Assembly (NCBI RefSeq): GCF_040938485.1
Contig: NW_027271999.1
Location: forward strand, 682,001-746,000
Source: Diadema antillarum
Taxonomy: Eukaryota
DNA length: 64,000 nucleotides
Reading direction: 5' to 3'
The notes below the pieces were generated by a model. The model saw nothing but the letters and a program-made list of their open reading frames with translations, was not told the DNA's origin and made no database searches. Positions within the stretch are counted from its first letter, which is position 1. The number at the start of each line of letters is the position of its first letter. Positions 23,901 to 36,600 of the stretch are shown piece after piece. Both the position numbers and the translations under genes were made by a program.

Positions 23901-26817
23901 CAACACACAGATGGGGCCGTGTTAATGACTAGACACTGATAAGATACCCGTCTGACTGAGTCATTTGCGGCTTATTCTCACAACCTCACCTCCACATCTA
24001 CGGTGTATACTCTAGCGACTATCGCTTGTAACAAGGCAACACATTTTCAAACCTTGGTTGGGTTAATGATTGACTTCCATAGCTGGCTGGAGGACCGGTA
24101 CGTGACACAAAATGGTACACGCAACTCTCAAAACAAAATTTCTTTGGGATTACAATACGGGGTAACACTGCCTTTGAGGACTGATACTATCGCATTAATT
24201 GTACACATTGTAAACAAGACCAGGAAGCAACACATGATATGTAGGGGCCTACTAGCCAGAGAGTCTCAACACACCCATAAAGCAACGTGTCCTAAAGCAA
24301 AAGGACTGAAGAGATTTTTGCACATGATCCTTCACTGGAATGTGACCAAAACAGGTCAGCTAGCTGTATTCAAAACTTTTCTGATTCTGCAAGACAGACC
24401 GACTAGTGGAGATTGCAGATCTGTTTCACTTGACTTCTTTCTTATTCTTTTCTCTTTTTTTTTTTTTGGTAGTCAAGATACTTTCGTCTCACTACTTGGG
24501 TAGTGTGAGTTCAGTGACTTCCATCATGACTTAGGTCTACTGGCATGTGGCCAGATTTTAGCTATCACCTCTGAAAAAAAGAAAAAAGAAACAAGTACAG
24601 TACTCAACTCGAAAGTGTAGTGAGTGCATATGTCAGCCCCCCCCCCCCAAAAAAAAAAAAAAACAACAACAACAACTTCATAGCCTACCTTAAATAATGA
24701 TATGTATAGCAAGGATGATAACAATAAAGATGACAATGATAATAAAAGAACACACTATTTGTACAAAGACGAACTGGAAATGGAGTTAATGTTTTACTTC
24801 CATCTTCAGCTTTGCACTCAGAGAAAACTTTAGTGTCTTTACAAGCTCCATCAACCATGTGGAAGATCCGAGTTTTTAGAAAGGGCTAAAGTCCACTAAC
24901 GGTAAGACTCAACCCCCCCCCCCCCCCAATCTGTTGTCACAAATTCTCAAACACACTATTAAAAGAAAGCTGCCCATTTCAAAAAGTGTTACAAATGTCT
25001 TGTGTGGTTTTCTCTTTTTTAGACACATTTACAGCAACAAGCAGGAGAATCAAAAAGATGACTTACGTTCAGATGGTGATCCTTATTAAACTTCAGAGTT
25101 ACATGTACATGTAGCTAACTTCAGAGGATTTAAGTTCTTGGGATGGTACAGTTTCAGTTGAGAGATGGGGATTCGGATTTGAACTTACAAGATAGTTCGA
25201 AACAATTAATTTAAAAAATTTGACAGAATACAATTCAACAATTCTAAGAGGAATCAAACTTTTATTTGATGAAAATCAGTTTTGAAATGATGGAGAAATT
25301 ATAAAAAAGTAAAACAAAGTCATCCTAATAAAGATGGGACCAACCCTTTATTAATACCTTTTAGATTGTTTGTCTTTTTCCACAGCCAACAAATTAATAA
25401 ACATTGAATACTTTTTACAGTTATAAGCTCTTTCATATTTCATTGTATGCAGGAGGTACAACGCTTGCTGGAAGTTTTGTAAACTAGATAAATAAAGGTT
25501 ATGAAAAAAAAAAATCTTCTGTTGACATCAGCTTGTAGCATTGCTTTCTCACATGACTGGCTGCACAAATCTCATACTCACTGGGATAATGTTCACATTC
25601 AATGTGCAATCAAGCATTACCCAAGAAATCTGAGAAGTCATTACTACCACCGCATAGAGCTTTACTGTTTCTTTTCGCAGCAGTGCACTTCACAACCCAA
25701 ACAGTCTGACTTTACCCAGGAGTGGCCGATGAAAAGGTAGGTGGTGTAAAAACAGCAATCAAATCTGGAATTTACAAAGTCAATTTCTTTACATCTGCAC
25801 CTATTTCACATCAATACCAGTACCTGTAAAAAGCTGCCTGCACAATACCCTGGAGCCTCTGGATCTCCCCCCCCCCCCCCACCATCATAAGCCAGAGCTT
25901 TTCAAAGAAAGGACAGGTTCGTCTTCACACCTCCCCAAGAAACAATATTGAACTAGATTGTGAAATTGGGTGTTCTTGAGAGCCTAATACTCTTTCCAGA
26001 CTGACTTTACTCGTCGGCTACCCATTCAAATCCCACTGATTCCACAGAGAGATGAATACGTGACCAACCAATGTCAGTTCACTCTAAGCATTATGTCCCT
26101 TGACAGCACAGGTTGATTGTGGCAGTATGCACAAATTTTGTCGGTGTTTTAAATGATTTGACAGTGAGCATTCTGACCGAAGTCTGCTGATAAATCTGTG
26201 CTTAACAATCGCGAGTTCCCCCTGGCGACGAGGTGGGTAATTGCTGCTCAAATTTTCACGAGCGTTTCTTGGGTACTTCAAGTGGAGTCAAACCAAAGAA
26301 CTTTATGGACTAAAGAATGTCAGCCGGCGTACCTGCTGAAATCTGCCCAGTATGAAAGAGGGGTACAACTCGGACCTGTTCCCTTGCAAAAGACTCAATT
26401 TAAGTGTGTAATAGTATGTTCTAAAACTGCACCTACCATTGCAACAGCCATATAGCTTTCATGGCTTCTTGTTGTTTCCCTGGTACACTGTAGCTACAAA
26501 TGCATCAAAAAGCGGAAGTAGGTTCTCTATGGTGTTAGAGCATTCCAAGCCCTTTACACAATGGGGTAATTAAAGAATGAATTGTGTTGGATAAACATGT
26601 AATGAGGATAAGTATGAAGAAGATAAATTTTTAGATCTAGATGATAATACAAGAAGGCATCACTCGGAGGCACACGTCATAGAATTTGAAATTCACAATG
26701 ACTATACATATGTATAATAACCTATTTCTCAAATGCAGTCCATACTGCCCATTGACACCTTTGCCTGATATGAATGGGGGGGGGGGGGGAGCAAAGTATT
26801 ACTTCTATCAAGTTGAA

Positions 26818-27978
26818 TTAACTCTTAACGTGCCATGGTCGCCGAACGGCGACCTTAGTCCTGACGTGCCATGGTCGCCGATCGGCGACTAAGAACAGCG
26901 AGAAAAGCATTGATCATTTAAGTTCTTGTGGTACCGTAATGTGTTACACCAAGCAACTGCCAATGATATGTACTGGTAGCTGATTAGCAAAGCCATCGCT
27001 TCCACTAAAAATATGAGCATGCTTACATAGGAAAATTTTGAGTAAATACATGATTTTTCAGCTAGATGTATTTTTTTCACATCGGGAAAATCCGCAGCGG
27101 GCGCACCCTCTGCGAGATGTGTATGGATCAAAAGTCTCATAGGTAAACCACACGTGTGTATGCTATTGACTCTGCGTGTATTGTCTATGCGGTTCCACTC
27201 GCATTGTTCCGCTTGGACGCTGTCCTGCGGGAAGCTGCTTTGATTTTGTCCCTCAAAGAGGGTCAGCTTTCGTTCGTCGGTCAAGTATTTCATCCTTTTG
27301 TTTTGGTGAACGTCACTAATCGTCCCCACGCTAGCATAGGAATTGCGCGTGGACAAAGGCCTGCCGATTTCAATAGAGTACGCCCGCCCGCGGTCCGCGT
27401 AGACAAAAGGAGGATTAGCAGGTTCTTCCTTCTCAGGTGGACAAAAGACACTATTCCAGGGCCCGGGACAATTACTTTAGTTTCAAATACAGGATCTGGG
27501 ACTAAAGGACTCAGATTTGGGAATGAATTACTGAGGCAGAAAGTGAAATTGCTAAGACAAAATAAACTGCTAGTATCTTTGGAATCATACAATTCTAGAA
27601 GGCAATTTTGTTATCATTTGAAAGAGGAAATGTTGCTCTAAAACTTTCTCACAGAGTCAAGGGAGCATTCCATTGAAGAAAAAACAAGACTGACTCTTTT
27701 TTTCCATACTACACAAAAATTTCTAATAATTTTTTTGATGTATCAAATATTTCTGCAATATTTCAGATTCAGATAGATATTGTGGCAAACTGACTGCATG
27801 ACACCAAAGAGCAAACATTTCTTGATATATGTTGTGTAGAACTCAATTCAAAACAGTCAATAGTTTCAGAGATATGGCAGTTTTAAATTTCATTGTCAGT
27901 CCAGTTTCGAAACGTTCTGGCGTTAGGTAAAAACCTCTGGCACGTTAGGGGTTTTGGGCCTGGCACATTAAGAGTTAA
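26818..27978. mobile_element. 1153-bp non-autonomous piggyBac-like element with TTAA duplications
   Basis: TTAA|CTCTTAACGTGCCA ... TGGCACATTAAGAG|TTAA. The ACGTGCCA motif is repeated subterminally at both ends. CpG-rich interior with no transposase-like ORF. Confidence 0.8.
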
Positions 27979-27982
27979 AGTC

Positions 27983-28559
27983 TTAAAGGACAAGTTCACC
28001 TTCATAAATATAAGGATTGAGAAAATGCAACAATGTTAGTAGAACACATCAGTGAAAGTTTGAGGAAAATTGGACAATCGATGCAAAAGTTATGAATTTT
28101 TTAAATTTTTGTCTTGGAACCGCTGGATGAGGAGACTACTACAGCTTGTGAGTCATATGCGTACAACAGTATAAAGAAAATGTAAAAGAAAATTCAACAT
28201 ATTTTCACTTTTTTCGCATAATAAAAGAGCACTTGACTTGCCTCTTTCTAAAGGCAGGGGGAATAATATTACCCATAACATTTGTCGGTAACGAGTCAGG
28301 GGAATGTATACTTTTTTCAACAGATGGAATTTTGTGAAATTCTCTTTATATTTTCCTTATATTGTTGTACGCATGTGACATCTAAATTATTCATACACTG
28401 CAGTAGTCTTCTCATCCAGCGGGTACTGCACAAAAACTTCAAAAATTCGTAACTTTTGAACGGATTGTCTGATTTTCCTCAAACTTTCAATGATGTGTTC
28501 TACTAATATTGCTACATTCTCTCAATCCTTATGTTTATGAAGGTGAACTTGTCCTTTAA
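27983..28559. mobile_element. 569-bp TTAA element with about 155-bp imperfect TIRs (Kolobok-like AG..CT ends)
   Basis: TTAA|AGGACAAGTTCACCTTCATAAA ... TTTATGAAGGTGAACTTGTCCT|TTAA. Confidence 0.85.
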
Positions 28560-28679
28560 ATGATGTGTCACATACAAAGCACTTCATGAAATCAAATTTC
28601 AGTGGTAACAACAAATGGGAAATCGAACTGCATTGATATATTGATGCTGTAACATGATGACCTCCAATGTCTAGGGTAT

Positions 28680-28850
28680 TTTTACTATATATACTAATAA
28701 ATACTAATGATAACGACAAAACTAATAATAATAAAAGCACTGTTAAGGATAATAATAACAAGAATGACAAGAATAATAATAAAAATATGAACATCAATAA
28801 TCTTAATACTACTAAAAATAAAAAATGATAATCATAATATTCATAATAAC
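28680..28850. repeat. Degenerate (TAA)n low-complexity tract
   Basis: Repeated aataat/actaat/gataat units. Confidence 0.8.
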
Positions 28851-30056
28851 ATATCTCTCTCTATGGAATGCTGACATTTGTTACTACTTCCTCATCTTAG
28901 CCCATCCTTGCATACAACTGAATCTCCATTTTAAAAACGAGCTAGTGCAACTGAATATGGACAACAATATCTAGCCATCTTGTCAGATGGAAAATAAACA
29001 AACAATAATGTTGTTTTTTGCTCATCATCCACTTACATGAATGATTGCAATGTTTGCTATATATTGACAATTCTTTTTGCTATTACTGTATACTCTGTTC
29101 ATCTTACAATATATCATCTACATTATGCACTTGTTAAAAAAAAAAGAGTAAACAGTATACATTATGCTTTGTTGACGAATGAAAAGGAAATTTGAATTGA
29201 ATTTTTAAAAAAGAGAACATGAACTGAATGTCAGGTAAAACAAACTCGACTTGAATACAGTATTGTAGTCTAGGAGCATGACAGTCAGATCTTATACCAT
29301 ACCATATCCCTTGTCACATTTTGTTCTTTGTGTCAGAGCAAACATCGTTTGCGTGCAAGTTAGGGATCATTCCTCACTTTAACTACACATAAATGTCCCT
29401 TTATTATTTTCTTTCATGCTGCAAACATACAGTTGTAGACGTTGTGATGTGATGATATCAGCTGTCGTAGGGTAATATCCCATGATTGTAACATATCCAT
29501 GTCTTCTTGCCTCTGGGCATGATTAAAATGATAATAGCTAGTCTATACCTTTTGTGCATGTGTGCGTGCTGCCCATGATTTCATTTTTTTTTAAGAACAG
29601 TATCTGTAGCATCATGCTACTTGAAATTCCCTGCGTTGCTGCTGATGGTAAGTGACTTGTATGCTGACATGCCCATTCAAACTTTTCTATGAGTAATATG
29701 TTTTCCACATTTCCAAAAAGCGGAACCAAAGTAATGAGGGCGACAATTAGAAGTTGAAGGAAATCTTCTAGACTTCAAACCTTAATTAAGAATGGATCTT
29801 TGTGCATCGCTGTGTCAAATCATAAGGTTACACAGTGCTACTGTAGCAGTCCTTCACATTGCATTTGGTGTCTGTTTGTCAGAAACGCCATGGCTTAGTC
29901 ATCAATAAAATCATCAGTTTGCATGGTCCACCATAATTAATATCTATTCATATAAAATGAAAGTCTGCATGGCCGGACAAGTAAGCAGAAGGGCCCTATA
30001 TTCATTTTTCCCACCATGTTTTACCACCAGTGTCTTTCTGAAAGTGCTAAGAGATA

Positions 30057-30640
30057 TAAGACCCCGTTTACAGTGCGGGGCTGGGCCGAGCCGCGGCCGA
30101 ACCCAGCCTCAATTGCGGGGCGGAACCCCACAATTTTGTCCGTTTACACTGTCAGGCTCGGCCGCGCTTTTACTTCAAACCTTTCAATATTTTGTCTTAG
30201 TGGCGCTCTGCTTGTAAACAAACGCAATTTGGTATAGTCTGGTTTTCAGACCCTTTGCCAACTGGATTCCGTGGCGATGAAGTCGCCATTTGGGCAAAGG
30301 CCTTTGCCGAAGGAAAAATCCTTTGCAGGACAAAACCACCTTAAACTATACTAGTTTTCGACGTTGAGGGGGTTAATATCCTGAATAACGAAATAGTACG
30401 GGCAGAGGGTTTGGAAGCCAGACTAAAATTGGCCGCGCATTTGGCCCAGTTTACATTTACACTGAGAAAAGGCTGGGCTCGGCCGCGGCTCGGCCGTGGC
30501 TCAGCCGCGGCTGAGACCACCTCCAGAGCGTGGCCAAATGCGCGGCCAATTTTTGCCCCGCATTTGGCCTTTTGCGCGTTTACACTGAAATTAAGGTGGG
30601 CTCGGCCGCGGCCGAGCCTCGCACTGAAAACGGGGTCTAA
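30057..30640. mobile_element. GC-rich Harbinger-like MITE with TAA duplication and a nested insertion
   Basis: TAA|GACCCCGTTTACAGTGCG ... CGCACTGAAAACGGGGTC|TAA. Internal GGCCG palindromes. Related copy at 46131-46532. Confidence 0.85.
30235..30425. mobile_element. 191-bp nested element with TAGTCTGG-start TIRs
   Basis: 25-bp TIRs match at 21/25 positions (TAGTCTGGTTTTCAGACCCTTTGCC vs TAGTCTGGCTTCCAAACCCTCTGCC). The segment is absent from the 46-kb copy of the host element. Confidence 0.75.
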
Positions 30641-33600
30641 GACAGCACATTTACACTGCATACATTACAAGCACAACCACTAAACTCATCATTCTGCAGT
30701 GAAAGCTCCTTTAAAACGGTATTGGTTCAATGGTCCCAGTATTGCAGAAACAATATTAAGCACTTCACATACACCATTAATCATTTCTTGGTTCTTCCTC
30801 TTCACAGAAATCATAGGCGTGCTACAAATATTTCATTCAGCACATTTTTTTTTAAAGCAAAAACTGATATTAAGCAAAGTCTTCCCTTCCCTGGAGGTGT
30901 ACTTTAAAAAATACTATTGCTGTGGTTAAACTGTGAATGTAAGCCCTACATACTCTGTATGACATAAAAGCAGGCTATTATCATATATGGGTCTCTTTTT
31001 TTCCCTTCCACCAACAATGTTGCATCTATGGAATACACATCAAAAGAGGAAATTCTTCAAAGATTAACCCAATTTCTCATAAATGATAAGGGTGCAGTTT
31101 GAAGTACGGGTATTCCATTCGAGCTCCACTATTACAGCAAGGATCCCTTATTTGTACAGTGTGTAGTTTATCCTCACATCAGTCTGGCTTTTGTCCAAGT
31201 GCATGATGCGGTTGGCATCAGAACGATGAGTGTCACTTCTCAAAATTTGAACAGAACCATGTAGGACCTATGTCGCATTTGTCTTTTAAATAATCTTCGA
31301 TATGTACAGATAGAAAAGGAGCATCATTTTATTGTAAATTTCACTGAGCAGGCTTGCAGTGACCGATAAAAGAGGAGTACAAAAAAAAAACTCACCTCCA
31401 TATACTATCATTTCTGCTTGTTATTTCATGAACTTGCTGGAGAGGCTTAAAATACTGCAGTTGACATATTTTTTCCTGTTATTCCTTCACAAACCCCATA
31501 GTGCATTTTAAGGTATCTAAACCTTGGACAATAAGTTTTGACTTTCAGGCAATCCATTTTACCTTTAAAGTTTGATATCACCATTTCACCCAGATTCCAT
31601 GTAACCCCCTGAAGTGTGAACAGTGAAGCAATGGACTCATCGGGGTAGATAATGCAGGAAGCAAGCAGGGGGGTCCTTCACACACAATATGTACAACGTG
31701 ACATCACGTAGAGTAGAGCGCTAACAAGTGATTTAATTGTCTGCTTGCACTATTCAAATGCTCTTAAATTAGATGATTCCAAATGGGGCAAATCTCAGCT
31801 GAATGCAACACAAGTACCAAGTACCACTTCAGTCCAATCAAAAAAGGGGTCCACATCCTACCTTCCTCCTGAATCCCTACCCTCACCGCAAGCGGAAGTC
31901 TGCCCAATTGACGTTGGCCGTATGAAACTGGGAGCTCTGAATTTAGTGCAGGGTCGGTAGGCCATCAAAATACCACAACAAGAATAACAGGTGAGGTCAA
32001 GGGAATAATTTCATTCTTTGATATGAATGGCTATAGAATTCAATGCTCTACTGAAGTTCTACACTTCTTCTTTTTTTTTCAATTTCAGATTCCATCTCGG
32101 ACATCAAAAACAGCATGGCTCAATGTCTCTAACCTGAATTTGACACCAAAAAGTTCTGCATTTCCTAAATTCCTCAGTTTATTTTGCTTCTCCTATAATA
32201 TAGCGACTGAATCTGAAGAAAAAAAAATGAACAGTACAATTTTCAACTTCATTGCATACATACATGTACAGAGTGTATATCCTTCACCTCTATAGAGACT
32301 ACTGTATAAACAAGTGGAAAGGATATGAGGGAAAAAAAAAACCCACACAAACAGGTCCTAAAGATGTCCTGTCTAAAGTAAAAAGAGAAACAAGCAAAAA
32401 GAAAACGAATGGACAGACAGACAGACAGAAAGCAGTTTAGTCTATAGTGCAAATAGAGAGAAAGACAAAAAGATGGACAGACAGACAGCAGCTATAGTCA
32501 AGATAACGACAGTTGAACAAAGAGTGTTTATGAATATATCAACAACAGGCAAGAAAGGTTCGGGCTCATAAGCAGAGCACAAGCTATGTTGCATTATGCT
32601 GCTAATCATACTGTATTTGTCATGGGATATTTAGCAAGTCTATTTTTTTATTTTCTTTTGTGTGTGTGTGTGAATTGGGACTTGCAGACAATAAAGGTTG
32701 AATTTGTTCAATGCAAATTAAGAAATGAAGAAATGCATGTGTGCACGTCAAATTCATGTCAGGATCAGAGCTAACATTTCTGAATGTTTTTAAATTCGTG
32801 AATAGCAACTGACTCACCAAATTTGTGAAAACAAAAAAACTCACAAAATATGCAGAGACAGAGTACACACAGTAAATGCTTGTAATATGTGTAGCAAATT
32901 GCTGCTCACTCTCTGACTGTTCTGTACAAGTTTCACAGTGCAGAATTAGTTCTTGCTGAATTTTCAGCCCATTCTTGTTGAGAATGAATTTTACCACAGG
33001 CATGCAAACACGTAATTATGCTCTTTGGGGTGTGACACAAACAGTTTGCTTCTCAACACAAACAAAACTTCCTATCTCTAATATGTACCCAGTTTTCTTT
33101 GAACGCTCCAGGGCAGTATAGCATCAAGCCCTCTTGGGGTATGACATGATTAATAAAAGAAATCACTTCAATGTGACCAAAAATGGAATGTTTTCATGCA
33201 GTTACTGCCTTCAAACTTGGAGTATGACACATGGCATTAAAAAAAAGGTGCTACAATGTGACAAATAATGGAATGTTATCATGTAATTATTACATTCACA
33301 AATACCTGATAGACCTTCTCCGAAAGGAGATCCCCCCCCCCCTCAACCACCACCACAACTACTTCCTTTGTGGATCTACGAGAGCCAAGAACTTAAAGAG
33401 GCATCCTCAATTTATAATGGACTGCGTCAAAGTAGGCCAAAGTTTGGCTGATCTGCAGCATTTGTATCAACTGTTTTCGTGAAACACAAATTGTATATGT
33501 CCAAAACATGACAAAATACGAAATTTGTATCGATACATATTTATTCAAGTCAGAGTGCAGAACACTGGTACCGCTCTTCATTCAAGCTGATATGCAGTTT

Positions 33601-36600
33601 AGGCCCTTTAAACTGATCGCTCACTTATTCATACTTCTTGGACAGTGCCTCGCTTGGAAAAGCTTTAGTATCTCTTTCATTAGCTCTCCTTCACTGTGTG
33701 AGGTATTTATTGACAAAGGCCGTCCAAGGAACAACAGGAGAGCATGAAACATGGGTTGACTGAAATCAGGACATGCCTTGCAGAAATCATAAGAAATAAA
33801 ATTCTTCTCATCTGCCTTGGCACATGATCAAGAGCAATTGCAGAAGTTCTGCAGCATTATGGCACTCAGTTCTGCTTGCCTTTTTGTTCCTGCAGTAAAT
33901 TCATTGAGTGCACAAGTCTTAGAATTTTTGATAGCTCAATCCAAAATATAATTGTGCTTGGTTCGTTTTCATATAGCAACTTCAACAACTTCTACAATTT
34001 CTACAAAAAAGAAAAAAAAATCTACAGAATGTTCAGACCTGTTTAGTTTGGGTGCTTTTTTTTTAAATGTTGATGTCTATTTTAGCCGTAATGGGGGGGG
34101 GGGGGGGGTTCAGTATGCATAACAATGCACTGACATAGCAATACTCCTGACTCATTGCATAACCCACTGAATCATCTTTTCATCTGATTTTGGAAGCCCC
34201 CAATTATGTCAACATCAGTTACAGTGTTTTAAAATCAAATAGGTCTATTGTCTTTAAAACAAAAACAAAACAAAAAATCACAGGGTTCCCTGTTTCAATG
34301 TAGGCATTTGCTTAAAATCTGGCATAGTGATATGAATTAATACTTCAAGGCATCAAGACATGATGTCACCAAAACACGAAATCCATTTCCATTCCCATCA
34401 TTCCCATATTAGTGTCAGCTCTATATGATAGTTGATTTAAACTATGTAACTCAGGTTGAAATAACTGTTTACATAAAAAAAATAAGGAATACAAAGACGT
34501 TCTTTGACATTCATGAGAGTGGGTGGGTAAAACCATTCCATTACACTGTCCCCTGGATAATCATGCCATTCAGTAGCCCAACGGAAAATACTGAAATATA
34601 CTTTGATAGTACAAAAAGATTTGAATTAGGGCAAATGTACAAACTTATATAATCATTTCTTATATCATGTACAAGTGTGCTAAGCAAATCAAGCATGATC
34701 CTGGCAGCGCAAAAAGGCAAACAAATTTTTACAGAACACCAAAGAGTTGCATCACTCATGTTCTACTTATTCTGCTTGCAAGGTGTTCATCAAATCTCGC
34801 CTGTGCTTTGGAACAACCCACCCTGTTATCTGTCCCTTGAATCACATTCTCATCTCCACCACTCCCTTGTGTACCGAGATAGCTGGACCCATGTTTGTCC
34901 TACAGACTCATCCTAATTAATTAGCAAACTCTGCTGGGATGCTTGTTACAGCCAGCCCACGCCAAGCATCAGAGAAGGGCGGTTAAAAATGTGACACATA
35001 TGTGTAATTGATACACAATGACTGGCTGGTAAACAACGCACTGAGAAAAGACCGCTGTCAAACTCTGGAGGTGTTCGTGTTGAATACTGATGAGTAGGAG
35101 AGTGAATCATGTGATGGCTGCTCCTTATGATCCAAGCTGATATTTTGTTCTACTTAAGAACAAACATTCCAAGGCAATGATAACAGCCGTAACTATCATT
35201 ATCATAATACTGTTAGGACTATGTACTTCTCTTGTCATAATGCTCTTATAATTTTCATTTAAAATCATCATCATTATTATTATCATCACAATCATTAGCA
35301 ACACAACAGAAGTAGCAGTTTAGGCACTTTGATGATATACAATGTAGATGACAATGAGGATGAAAAACAGAATGAAGGAACGGAGAGAAGGAGAGGAAGA
35401 TAAAAAAAAGAACTCACTGGTTAAAGACAAAGCTTTAAAAGCACACAGGAACAAAGATAGCACATTCCAGCCAAACATTTGCATTCACAGAATAACTGAA
35501 ATTTTGAACTTACTGCAAAGTTCAGGGAGACCCAGGAAAGGAAATGCTCTGCATAGTCCAATTCACACCTGTGTAATGACTCCCAAATTTAAACAAATAT
35601 GTTGTGGTTTGTACCTCTCATTCATTAGGGTGTACATGAGTGTTTGTCTGTGTCTCTGTTTGTGTTTGTGTGTATGGGGGGATAACAGATTCTCAGGTCA
35701 TGAACTTGATAACTCCAATTAATTGCTGACAACTTTACGTGAACCCTTTGATCATATGGTGAACAAAGATGCCCAGGAATTGCTTGAACGAGTTTCGCTT
35801 GCACTCTGGCTGCATAGTTTTCTCTCAGATTTGCATATATTTCATATGAAACGTGTGAGATGACTCTCGTACCATCTTGCCTATCAAAGAGCTGTTTGCG
35901 TGCCTCGCTGGATGTCATGAACTTTTAAAGCAGGAAGGCGTGACAACAAAGCTTGAACCCTTTGATGGTACAACACATTTTGAGATCGGTGATTAATCAA
36001 GAACGACTGGACCGGGGCTGTGATGAATGAAGCAATGGTGGTGTTGTGTCGAGTTTGTTGCACTCTGCTTTCACACGATCACTTGTAGTACATGGAGGGA
36101 ATCAGAATACTTGAGTATACACTAGAAACTGTGAGAAAAAAGATGTATTGTCTAACTTGAATTTCACTTTACAACTATGAAAACAGACCGAGTATGACCT
36201 GCCTTCATGAAAGTTATGATAAATAATCATCATTTTGACAATGATTATTATCGACAACAGTATACAATGCAGAAAGTCTACACTGGGAGGGGGATTAAAA
36301 CACTCCCTAGTGCTCTACACACCACAAATCTCTCCCAGTATACAATTTTGCTCATTTGAGGTATGCCATTTTTGTTTCATATGTAGATGTGTCCAGTACT
36401 TGTATCATAGATACAGCACATCCCAATTATTGATGCCAATATACACATACACGTAAAGATTCTAGCCTCACAAATTTGGATTTTCTGGAAGGCACCCTTC
36501 CAGCAATGAGGTCTATATAGCAAGAGTGGTGTGTGTGTGTGTGTGTTTGTTTGTTTGTTTGTTTTGGGTTTTGTTTTTTTTTTTTGTTTTTTTTTGTTTT

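Noticed and set aside
24003-24503. 166-aa plus-strand ORF
   Set aside because: Non-ATG start, no recognisable domain or coding-like bias, and no exon context.
25062-25100. Isolated strong minus-strand donor AAC|gtaagt
   Set aside because: No convincing acceptor or open frame upstream.
26889-27641. 155-, 161- and 100-aa ORFs inside the piggyBac-like element
   Set aside because: No transposase motifs, they overlap on both strands, and there are no supporting splice signals.
30341-30683. Overlapping 106- and 90-aa ORFs
   Set aside because: They arise from the GC-rich palindromic MITE, which has few stop codons.
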